Shown: in pieces, positions 51,034-61,500 of the stretch
Numbering within the stretch: position 1 is the stretch's first letter
Layout: each line of letters begins with the position of its first letter
NCBI RefSeq assembly: GCF_000143415.4
Contig: NW_003314262.1
Span: 2,115,046-2,179,045 of the forward strand
Direction: 5' to 3'
DNA length: 64,000 bases
Origin: Selaginella moellendorffii
Taxonomy: Eukaryota; Plantae; Lycopodiophyta
Notes under the pieces: generated by a model
Seen by the model: only the letters and a program-made list of their open reading frames with translations
What the model was told of the DNA's origin: nothing
The model's database searches: none
Made by a program: the position numbers and the translations under genes

Positions 51034-52700
51034 GTCAGGATTCTTCGAGTTGCAAAGAAATCGAAGTAAACATATTTTTCTTTCAACATTTCCTCATTTT
51101 TGCATCCTTCCTATCTGCTAGACAATTTGTAGAAGAGTCGCAGAATCGTTTCTTAAAGTTTTTGTAAGCAACTAAAGCTTTGTTTCGCTGCTTGTTCTAA
51201 ACTATCGTCTCTCTTTTTAGTGTTGTTTTCTTGGGCTATTTCTTCTCGTTTTCTTCTCTCCTCCGCTATGGCATTTTCATCCTTGATTCGGAGTCTAGCT
51301 TTTGCTTACTTGCAAGTGTCACATCGCCATTTTGGATAGCATTGCTTGTACGGTTTTGCACAATTTCTGAAACCACACAAAAGGCAGTCCTCGTATCTTG
51401 TACAGCTTGTGTTTCCAAATGGGCAGTCGTGCTTTTTCATTCTTCCTCCATCTCCAGCCGCTAGAATTTTCCCTTGGTCGTTTCCTTATTGCAGATTCTT
51501 GGAATATTCACTTTCTTCAACCTCTCGCCAAAAACAGTTACGCGTACGCTCCAAGTTTTCCACGACTTGGGTGGCTTCAATCTTCAAGTGTTCTTCATCT
51601 TTTGGTCTTACGCTCCATTTGTTTCTTCATTCCTTCATGCTCTTCCACCGTTTTTGTTTTACGGTCTTGTTTTTCTTGATTTTTGGGGTTTTTTCTTCCT
51701 ATGCCATTTTCTTGAGCGTCTTTGGTCTGTTTTCCTTGAAGTTTTGGGGAAAATGATCGTCTTGATCTGCTCTATCCCACCGTGGTCGCCAGTGAAAACT
51801 CCTGGACTCTCTGGACTGAGAGGAAAACGTCCACACGAGATCTTCCTAGGAGATTCAAATCTAATCTAGTCCCTAAATCTAAAACTACACTACAAGAAGA
51901 ATGCACTTACCTGCTTGTGCCAAGCCAAGTTGGGACTGTGAACAAGTGCTTGAAGGTGCTAGTCCCATGCCTTTGATCCCTTGAAGGCGGTGGGTAAGTA
52001 AGACATTGCTGTGAAGAGCTGAAGAGATAGGCAGAAAGACGATGTATTGCAATGTATTTTGTATTAGGGATAAGTCTAAAAACATTCTAAGTCCTACTTT
52101 TATAGTTGCTACTGCTGACGTCAAGGTTAGGAATACAGTCATAACCTTGAACCTCTCAAGTTTACTTTCCTAAGCTTGAATCCTCGAGCTTGTCTTTTTC
52201 TCCCTTTTCCATGGGGCCGCATGCCATTTTCAGGAGCACATAGGAGTATATTCCTAGAATATTCTAACACGCGCGAGATTTTTTTGAGTTTCCTGGAGAT
52301 CCAACCGTTAGATCGCAACTAGATTTTACAGAATGGTATACAATGTCCTTCTTGATGACCCTGCATAGAAGCATCTCGATCGGACACCACATGAGACCAC
52401 ACGAGCCTTACAATGTTTCAGGGGCATTTGCCATAGATCCGACCGTTATTTTGCTCCAAGATTCTACAGTTTGGTGTGCATTGACCTTTCCATCGACACT
52501 GCAAAGGGACATCACAATCAGATGCGGGATCACAAGAAACCAACTTCACTAACTCTGGTTTCACCAAGATCTATATAAGGAGTTATGAAATGAAAGGACC
52601 CTCTCTATTGAAATGTGTTTATGGTCCTAGGGGCATTGTGACATATCAAAGGATTTTGCATCAAGTTCTGTATTTGCATGTTTATCAAGCTACTGAATTG

Positions 52701-52726
52701 CTAAACCCTAAACCCTAACCCTAAAC
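52701..52726 (+). promoter_or_regulatory. Telo-box / short interstitial telomeric repeat in the transposon's divergent intergenic region
   Basis: ctaaaccctaaaccctaaccctaaac (plant CCCTAAA units). Confidence 0.6.
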
Positions 52727-53868
52727 ATGTGGCAAATGCTGCGTGAAGAAAGATGCCCTTTCTGGGCAAATGCTGTAAGAGGCAGATTCCGAGCAGATGT
52801 ATCTCAGGCCAGCGAAGGGGACAAACGAAAACTAGCTATAAACATGACGGGATGCAAATAGATTACTAGGCTGGTCCTGCGAAAATCAAAAACCATAATT
52901 GAAAACATTGAAAATGCAAAAAGAAAGGTTTATAATATTTTTGAATTTTAAGCAACCAAATGAATGTAAGTAGGGCATGTGTTTGTAAGTTTAAAAATGC
53001 CTCAACCACTTAAATTCCCAAGTAAATAAAGCTGTTTCTATTTTTGGTACAGGTAAACTTTATAGCGTGTGGGCTCATGCAATTTTGAACCCAAAAATGC
53101 ACCAAAAAATGCTCGACTAGCATTATTCTTTGAATGGCGTGTGGCCTTATATTGCCATAAATGGACGTACACACACAGCATAATTATTCCTTTACACGTC
53201 GAATAATCTTGGCGCAGATCGCTGACATGGCATGGCAAAGTTCGAATCACTGACATGGCACAGCTGGATCGAGGCAAGGACATGATGTGACAAAGTTCAA
53301 CCTCCGACAGCAAAGTCTAGAAGCTACTCAGTTTGAAATTTGTCAGAGGAATCATAAGATCTGGTTTGTCAGAGGATTTGATGTGACATTCAAGCATGTG
53401 TTATTTTTGAATTCTCGAACTCATTCCTAGGTCTATCATTTTTGTGCACCGTGTTCTTGGTTCCGCTGAGCGCAGTGAGCGCTGCTTGTGTAAGCGGCGT
53501 TGTGAGCTGTGGTTTATGCGTCTACAAGCGGTTGCGGCATTGCGAGCGCCATTGCGAGTGGCAGTTTATGCGAGTGGCAGTTTGTGCGAGCGGCGCTACG
53601 AGCAGTTGTGGTGTTGCGAGCGGCGCTACGAGTAGTTGCGGTGTTGCGAGCGGCACTGTCTTTGGTGTGGCTACCGCTTCCTCTTGATAATCGGCACTTG
53701 TGCTTCCTGGTATGTTCACCATGGAATGGTTTAGGACCACATTTAGAAATGGCATGAGGCCACATGCCATCTTGGGCCCTTGCAATTTCATGGCTAACGT
53801 ATTGTCATGTATGTTTTTACTTGCCTGCAGCTGTGTGTATATCAAGATGGCATGAGGCCTCATGCTAT

Positions 53869-54394
53869 TTGGTATGTTATGATTTAGGCCATTCTCCAAT
53901 CATTTTTTGTATGGTCTTAACTTCTTTTCTGCACTTTCAGAATGGCCTTCAGGGTTGGGGAAAAGGTTTACATTTTGAATGGTGGGAAGAGAGTTGCAAA
54001 AGGGACCCTTGTGTCTATGGATCGGAACTTTATTATACACTGTCAAAGGCTTGGGGAAGGCAATGCTGCTACATCAGTAGAGACTGTCTTCGATGGGAAT
54101 GTGGTCGCTATTGAACGAGGAGAGATGGTCGTTGGTATGTTATGATTTAGGCCATTCTCCAATCATTTTTTGTATGGTCTTAACTTCTTTTCTGCACTTT
54201 CAGAATGGCCTTCAGGGTTGGGGAAAAGGTTTACATTTTGAATGGTGGGAAGAGAGTTGCAAAAGGGACCCTTGTGTCTATGGATCGGAACTTTATTATA
54301 CACTGTCAAAGGCTTGGGGAAGGCAATGCTGCTACATCAGTAGAGACTGTCTTCGATGGGAATGTGGTCGCTATTGAACGAGGAGAGATGGTCG
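53869..54394 (+). repeat. 263-bp tandem duplication covering a 5' intron and the first ~190 nt of the transposase CDS
   Basis: 53869-54131 is repeated at 54132-54394. ORFs at 53942 and 54205 start with the same MAFRVGEKVYIL... Confidence 0.95.
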
Positions 54395-57273
54395 TCGGGG
54401 TAAATGTTGTTGTTGCCTTGAAAAATCTGCAGAAGAAAGTAGATGTTGGGGACAGCGCAAGTGCGACGCATGTTCCCTCCGTGGATCTTAAGAACCGTGC
54501 TACATGGATTCAGGCAAAGGTGTTTCTAAACAACCCCGAGGGGGAGGTGGTAGCTGAGGGCTTAGCCACAGTTGTCGATCCAAGAGATGCGGTTGCTAAT
54601 CAAGAATTGGGCTGGGATGATATTGGAGTTGCGATTTTAGAGGTTGTTGACACAGAAGAAAACAGTCTGACTATTGGAAGCATTGTGCGGTGGAAATTGA
54701 GGTATTTAGTGTTTGAGAATGTGAAGGATTCACAATCAAACACCACTACAACTGATGACAGAACATCTCTTCATGGGAAAAGAAAGTACACCTTCCTACA
54801 GCGTAGCCAAAGGGATCTGAGCAACGAACCGAAAAGGCAGAAAATGGTGATGGAGGTTCGAATGGTCTCGACAGTTGCTTGTTGCAAGAGGAGGTGCTGT
54901 CAACATGCTGATTGGGATGCTATTGAAGAGGAGAGAGCAAGATACAAGACATTGTCCTGGAAGGCAGCTCGCAATTTTGTGTATGAGGCATTACGGTCAT
55001 CTGTTGATGCTTCAGAACATCAGGTGGGGGGCATGGTCTTCCAGAGGGGTTTGGTCTGCATGAAGGCATGGAGAATCATTTATGGAGTCCCTCGAAGCAC
55101 ATTCTACAGAATCAAAACTGAGTTCGAGGAACAAAGGGTTCAACAGGCAGTCCATGGGAACGACGGTACGCACAAAACCAGGGGTCATGTTGTATATGGA
55201 GAGGCAATCTTCAAGAGGTTTGTCGAGACATGTAGCGAGCAGCAACCACATAAAACCCGCCTCTTGGAAGATGGAACACGAGACACCCAACGAGTTCTCC
55301 CTTCCATGTATACCAAGGGGGCCATATTGGAAGATGTGAATCGGGAACTCCAGAGTAATGGCTACAGGAAGCTGAGCCAATCTAGATTTAGTAGATTGTG
55401 GAGCAACAGGTTCAGGGATGTGAGTATAGGAAAGTACTCCAGCTTTTCAAAGTGTGACGAGTGCACTGCTATCAAAATGGCTTTGTCGAAGAATTCTTGC
55501 AGCACTCAAGAGCGAGAGACGTTGGTTAGAAGGCGGCTCGACCACAACATCGAGCAGAGAAGCTGCAGGACTGCATATTATCATAACAGGATTCTCTCCA
55601 TGGAGAGACCTGACTCTTACCTCTGCATCATCCACGACAAAATGGACCAGAAAAAGACGTGCTTACCTCGACTCAATCCTGCCCCCAAGGCAATCTCTTC
55701 ATCCATGCAGCTGCCTGTGTCTCTGTTTGGCATAATCGCTCATGGGCATGGTGCCCAGAACTATGGGAACTTCTTTGTACCTCTATGGGGTGGCGGGGGT
55801 GCAAACATGATGATTGCGTCCCTAGCAAAACACTTAAGGTCTCTGCAAAGTGCGCAGACTGAGCTGAACGGCCAACCCTTGCATAAGGCCCTTGTCGATC
55901 GAACCCCATACAGGGTTCAGCTGGAGGAGGAGCAAAGGCTTGCAGTATCGCGTGGGGCCCCATGCCATCCCAGTGAATATGTTGGCCGTCAGATTGTAGG
56001 GTTATCACGTGAGGCCTCATGCCATTCCGACGAGGCTGGTCGCCCGGTGAATGCACAGCCTCATCCAAACGAAGCAGAATCTCAAGGAAGTTCTTGCGGC
56101 CGATGTGGCCTTCCACCCCATCTTCTGCTCCAAACAGACAATGCTGGCAATGAGAACAAAAACATGTACGTCTTCGCGTACTTGGCGATGCTTGTTGCCA
56201 AAGGCATATTTGAAACGGTTACACTTGGCTTTCTCATGGTTGGGCACACTCATGAAGACGTCGATGCCATGTTCAGTCACCTGGCAGAGTCCCTCCGGCG
56301 ATCCAATGTCCTCACCCTCCCACAACTCTACGATGAATTCCAAAATTGCATCAAAGGCACTGTTGAAGCTGCACTTGTGACAGAGGTTCCAGACTTTAAG
56401 GGGTTTGTAAGAGGCTACATCAGGGACGGATCCGAAACGCTAATTGGCCACTCCAAGCCTCTTCAGTTTCATTTCAGCATGCGTGACGGTGCTCTAGTGA
56501 TGAGGTACAAGATGAGAGAATGGGACACAGTGTGGCTACCAGTGGATGGCATTGAACTCTTCAAGAGAGATCCCATAACTGGGGAACCTATGATTCCTCA
56601 GGGTTCCCCACGGCCGATGCACCCGGATGGACTCAAAGACCAGGAAAGTATAGTGGCCGGGATTAGACAGCATATTGCCTTCTGGAAGAGGGGGTTGGTG
56701 TTTGGTGGAGAATCCTATTTTAAGAGGTGCAAGCCTTTGCTCGAATACTGGGAGAAGATTATATCTGCTATCCAAAATGGGCCGGTTGTATATGAAGAAT
56801 TGGAAGAGTCCTTTTGGCCAGAACCCAGAGCACTAGATAATAGCGGAACAATGTCCTCTGGAAATGCAGTGACAGATAACAATGTTGAGGATCACTATTG
56901 TGGGCTGAGGAACAAGAAGCCGGATTCAGCATTCAATCCAGTACAGGTCTGCAAAGGAATGGTCGTGCTTGTCAGACCCAGTAATAAAAAACAAATGATA
57001 TGGGTGGGGCGCTGCATCACTGATGCAGAGGAGGACGCGGAAACTAACTCCTTCAATGTAACTGTGGAGTGGTTCAAGCCAAGTTCCGGATATACGAAGG
57101 ATTGCCTAGAAAAGAGATGGGTGCTGAATCCAAGGGATCCCAGCATGAGCATATCGGTGGATAATGTTGTGCATGGTTGGATGCGGAAGCAGAGTGCCAC
57201 CATCACCTTGCCAGACCATGCAAGAGATGCAGCAAGAGCATTCATAACCCGGGTTCAAGGTGAGATTCATTAA
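54205..57273 (+). CDS. Sola-like (Sola1-related) DDD transposase, intact 1022 aa
   Basis: Cys cluster CCKRRCC, HTH-like VCMKAWRIIYGVPRSTFYR, FSKCDEC, and catalytic segments IIHDKMDQ / LQTDNAGNENKN / FLMVGHTHEDVDAMFS. Lies within TIRs with an apparent 4-bp TSD. Confidence 0.85.
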   Translation: MAFRVGEKVYILNGGKRVAKGTLVSMDRNFIIHCQRLGEGNAATSVETVFDGNVVAIERGEMVVGVNVVVALKNLQKKVDVGDSASATHVPSVDLKNRATWIQAKVFLNNPEGEVVAEGLATVVDPRDAVANQELGWDDIGVAILEVVDTEENSLTIGSIVRWKLRYLVFENVKDSQSNTTTTDDRTSLHGKRKYTFLQRSQRDLSNEPKRQKMVMEVRMVSTVACCKRRCCQHADWDAIEEERARYKTLSWKAARNFVYEALRSSVDASEHQVGGMVFQRGLVCMKAWRIIYGVPRSTFYRIKTEFEEQRVQQAVHGNDGTHKTRGHVVYGEAIFKRFVETCSEQQPHKTRLLEDGTRDTQRVLPSMYTKGAILEDVNRELQSNGYRKLSQSRFSRLWSNRFRDVSIGKYSSFSKCDECTAIKMALSKNSCSTQERETLVRRRLDHNIEQRSCRTAYYHNRILSMERPDSYLCIIHDKMDQKKTCLPRLNPAPKAISSSMQLPVSLFGIIAHGHGAQNYGNFFVPLWGGGGANMMIASLAKHLRSLQSAQTELNGQPLHKALVDRTPYRVQLEEEQRLAVSRGAPCHPSEYVGRQIVGLSREASCHSDEAGRPVNAQPHPNEAESQGSSCGRCGLPPHLLLQTDNAGNENKNMYVFAYLAMLVAKGIFETVTLGFLMVGHTHEDVDAMFSHLAESLRRSNVLTLPQLYDEFQNCIKGTVEAALVTEVPDFKGFVRGYIRDGSETLIGHSKPLQFHFSMRDGALVMRYKMREWDTVWLPVDGIELFKRDPITGEPMIPQGSPRPMHPDGLKDQESIVAGIRQHIAFWKRGLVFGGESYFKRCKPLLEYWEKIISAIQNGPVVYEELEESFWPEPRALDNSGTMSSGNAVTDNNVEDHYCGLRNKKPDSAFNPVQVCKGMVVLVRPSNKKQMIWVGRCITDAEEDAETNSFNVTVEWFKPSSGYTKDCLEKRWVLNPRDPSMSISVDNVVHGWMRKQSATITLPDHARDAARAFITRVQGEIH

Positions 57274-58500
57274 TATTCCTTTACTAGGTTTCTAATGTAT
57301 TTTATTTCAAGGTGAACAATCCGAATCTGAATCAGAGGAGGCGTGATGGCATGTGGCCCTTTGCACTAGTATATCTTAATACCGGTCTGAGAAATAGAAT
57401 GGCATGTGCTCTCAGGCCTTTTACTAAATCACCTTTGAAAGAAATGCAAGCGTCTATGTCGTAAAAAAAAGGTACTAGAGAAATTCCTTAATAATATGAA
57501 TGTTATTTAGTTTCATGAAAATACACTAAGGGTCAAATGAGTTAAATGACTTCTCCAGACTAGCAATGCCTCTTGCTACACCTTCACAATTAGATTCGTT
57601 AGAAAAAGATAACATTGAATAATATCTAAATGTTCTCACCATTAAGTTATATGTCTGGCTAATAGGAATGACGTTCATCTTGGAAAGCTCACCACACGCT
57701 CAATGAACAAACAAATAGTGTGTGCGCGCATGCCATCACTCTTCTTTAGCTTCAAATTCGGCTTGTTCACCTTGACAATGAGATTTATTATACAACCAGA
57801 TGGACTCAGTCTGGACACAAAGTCACCGCGCTAGTCACCATGCCCCAGATATGTCTAGCCCCTGGACAAAAAACATATAATTTCACGTCATTTTCAAATA
57901 CTTGAAAATGTGTACCTAGTCCCATTTTACTGAATAAATCCCACTTTAACGAAATAGAGCTTGATTAGCTAGTGTAATAGTTGGCATGAATGAGTGTTTG
58001 TTGGTCTTATCGCATTCATTCTATTCTTTTGATTATTACTTGAGTTAGTTTTGATAGATTTGGATGTTATTTCCTTTGGGTGATACATTCGTGAGCATTG
58101 TGTTTGTCAGTCAATGATACTTTGTGTTCTTTGAGTTATTTTTAGTAAGTTGTTTGACATACTGTCTACCATCTTCAGTAGTTACGTTTTATCATTGATG
58201 ATCCGCTAGCTATTGAATTTTGTTAGATGGTGAATCCTATGTTTTCCAATGATAGTGATCTTGGTGGTTCCTATTCTATACTACTCATTTATCGAATGAT
58301 AACTTACTTGGAATACTTTTGTGTTCTAATCTAAGATATATTCACTGATAATTCAGGCTCCAAGATATTATTGTCTATGACTTTGATATTGTCCATATAT
58401 TAATCTTTGAGTTTGGGCCAGTATAGGCATCAGCACTTCGTGTGCATGTTGAAATCTCTAGTCATGGGGTTGCTACTATTAACTGGTCACATAACCCACC

Positions 58501-61500
58501 TGTTATGATCCGGCGCAAAAAGACAAAGATCTAGTCGCCCTAGACTATGCTACGCCACCTCTTGAGGTTCCAACCACCCTCGAGCTACCTTAAAAGCTCC
58601 ACTGTGCCGCCGCTCCACTATGAGCCCTAGGGTAGGTTAGTCCCTTACCCTAACATGCCTTAATATACCCTTGAGCCTCCCTTTGACCGACGTTGACCAC
58701 GTAGTCAAAGCTGACGCCTAACAATTCTTCCCCCCCAACAAAGTCCTTGTCCCAAAGACGAATTGTACCGGTGATTACCCTTTCTGGGGAACCCTGCTCA
58801 AGCTCCTGGTACATCTTCCACTGCTGTATACATCAAGGAGGCATTAGGCCCGTCACTCTGACATAGTACACCAATTCAACTAGCTGACATAAAATACCGG
58901 ATGAATTTTCACCCCAGCTGGCAGCCGCACCCGATAAGTTGCTTTACCAATGCGCTCCAGCACTTCATATGGACCAGCATATCGATGGGAAATTTTATCA
59001 CTCTTCCCTGTCTGTAAGGCACCAAGGTGTTTTGCCGCTCACTTGACAGAAAGATCACTCGCACAAAAACGAGATCACCCACCTTATATTCCCGGAATTG
59101 GCGATACTCATTGGCAAACTTCTCCGCTCTATCCTGAGTTGCTTGCAAATTCCGTTTGCACACCACCAAAATCTCATCAAGTTCTGTAGCCAAATCAGTC
59201 ACCTCGGAATCAAGCTTATCTTGAACGTCCTTACTCAAATGCAAACCCACTCCACCACTATTCGAGGATGCCTTCCAAACATGGCAAAATAAGGACTTAG
59301 CTTGGTTCCACTGTGTTGGCTATTGTTGTAAGCAAATTGCACCAACGGAAGATATAGATCCCACTGTCCTTGCCTTTGACCAATGCTATAACGTAGCATA
59401 TCTTCCACCACTTGATTCACATGCTCGGTTTGCCCATCTGTCTGAGGATGATCTCCAGTTGAGAGTTTCAAAGTCACTTGCATAGCCTTTGCAAAGCTTT
59501 TCCAAAATCCATTGGTGAACTTTGAATCTCGATCACTAATGATGTCCTCCGGCAAACCAAAATCAGGAAAAACCTTCTCCAAGTAAACTGCAGCCGTAGC
59601 ACCTTAACCCGCTGACAAAGCTTGCATGATTTACAATACTTGAGGATATCAACCTTCATATTCCTCCAATAAAAGTTGTGCTTAATCAACTCATACGTCT
59701 TTTTCCCCCAAAATGACCGGCCTCTAGATGATCATGATAGTGGAATAAAATTTAAGTAATTAACGCATCCACCTGTGGCAAATATACACGGCCATTGTAG
59801 TAGAGAATCCCATCCACCAATGAGAAAGGGGCTTCCATCTAGTCTTGCAAAGAGGCCACCTCAGCATCCTGAGCCCGAGCATGCTCAAGCAATTGCCCAA
59901 ACTCACTGACCACCTTACTCAAATGATGACAAAATCGTGTTTGTAATGTCGTCACATGACGAATACGAAATAACGCATCTGCCACCACATTTGATTTTCC
60001 CGGACGATGCTCAATAGGAAACTCCCCAAACTCCATGAGTTTGACCATCCAACGAGCTTGCTTAGTGTTCAACTCCTTCTGTGTGAAAAGATACACAAGT
60101 GGTTTGTGATCTATCAACACCACGAACACTACACCATAAAGATAATGCCGCCACGTCCACAAAGCATGAACAATAGAGAGTAACTCTTGCTCATATGTGG
60201 AATAGCGTTGCTCTGCAGAATTCAAAGTTTGACTCTCATATGTAATAGGCTTTCCCTCTTGCATGAGAACTCCTCCCAGTGCATAACTACTCGCATCGCA
60301 TGTCACCTCATAAGGTTTCGATAGATTAGCAATGCGAAGCACTGGAGTCTCGCTCAACAATCGCTTCAGCGCCACAAAACTCTCCTCTTGTGGCTTGTTC
60401 CACTTGAATGGCACATTCTTGCATAACAACTGCGTCAAAGGAATAGCCACCTCTGCAAACTTATGCTCGAAACGTCGGTAGTAACTAGCCATACCAAGAA
60501 AACTACGCAACTCGGCCACTATAGTAGGTGTAGACCAGTTTTCCACCACAGCCACCTTCCTTAGATCTGTCTTGACACCCTTAGATGTCACAATATGGCC
60601 TAGATATTCCACCTCCGACTTTGCAAATTCACATTTGCTCTTCTTTGCATAAAGTTTGCTGTCTCGGAGTAACAAAAGAACCTTGCGCAATTGCACCTTA
60701 TGCTCCTCCATATTCTTGCTAAAAACAAGAATATCGTCCAAAGAAATCTCCACAAACTCATGAAGATAACGCCCAAATACCTCCGTCATCAACCGAGTAA
60801 ATGTGGCCGGTGCATTTATCAAACCAAACGACATAACTGTAAACTCAAAATATCCGAAGCTTGTGTTGAATGCCGTCTTGGAGATAGATGCATCATCCAT
60901 TGCAATCTGATGATATCCACTCCTCAGATCAATCTTGGTAAACACTCGTGCTTCACCAAGCTTGTCCAGGATATCATCCACACGTGGCATCGGCATCTTA
61001 TCCTTCACTGTCTTCTTGTTCAAAGCGCGGTAGTCAATACACATCCGCATTGAACCGTCCTTCTTCTTCACAAGCAAGACCGGAGCACCAAACAGAGACT
61101 TACTTGGCTGAATGAATCCAAACTCAAGTAACTCCTTGACTTGTCGTTGAACTTCTTGCTCCTCCGCATAACTTAACCGAAATGGACGCCGGTAAATTGG
61201 CCACGTTCTCGGCTCCAATGTAATCCCATGCTCCACACCTCGTAACTGAGGCAACCCATGAGGAAGTTCATGTGGAAAAACATCAGAAAACTTGTCTAGT
61301 ACATCTCATACTGCTGCTTCTCCCCCACACGTGCCTTGGTCCCCCAAGTCACGAACAAACAACAAGTAACTAGAAAGTGTTTTTCCATTATGACAAGCCC
61401 GCTTCAAAGATGTATTTGAGAGCATACAACTGGGGGTTGAATGCCCTTGCCAAACCACACATCTTTAATGCCACCATACTCCAGCGAGATATGCTTAATA

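Larger units (their letters stand above)
46412..52211 (-). mobile_element. Young non-autonomous LTR retrotransposon (Gag plus upstream ORF, no pol)
   Basis: 419-bp LTRs at 46412-46830 and 51793-52211 (TG...CA, 4 differences found by eye). TSD TGGGG (46407-46411 / 52212-52216). PBS TGGCGACCACGGTGGGA (51775-51791, minus) fits a plant tRNA-Arg 3' end; short PPT GGGAGAG (46831-46837). Confidence 0.95.
39606..57960. mobile_element. Large TIR DNA transposon, Sola-like (18.4 kb; ~12.5 kb without the nested LTR element)
   Basis: Perfect 22-bp TIRs GCTCTATTTCGTTAAAGTGGGA (39606-39627; reverse complement 57939-57960). Putative 4-bp TSD TTAA/TTGA. Encodes a DDD transposase and a second, divergent gene. 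Confidence 0.9.

Noticed and set aside
52701-52726. Telomere or chromosome-healing site
   Set aside because: Only about three units, embedded in a promoter-like region; better read as a telo-box.
39698-57736. Palindromic repeats as a CRISPR-like array
   Set aside because: Spacing is irregular (57 bp to several kb), there is no repeat-spacer periodicity or cas-like gene, and the context is a eukaryotic TE.
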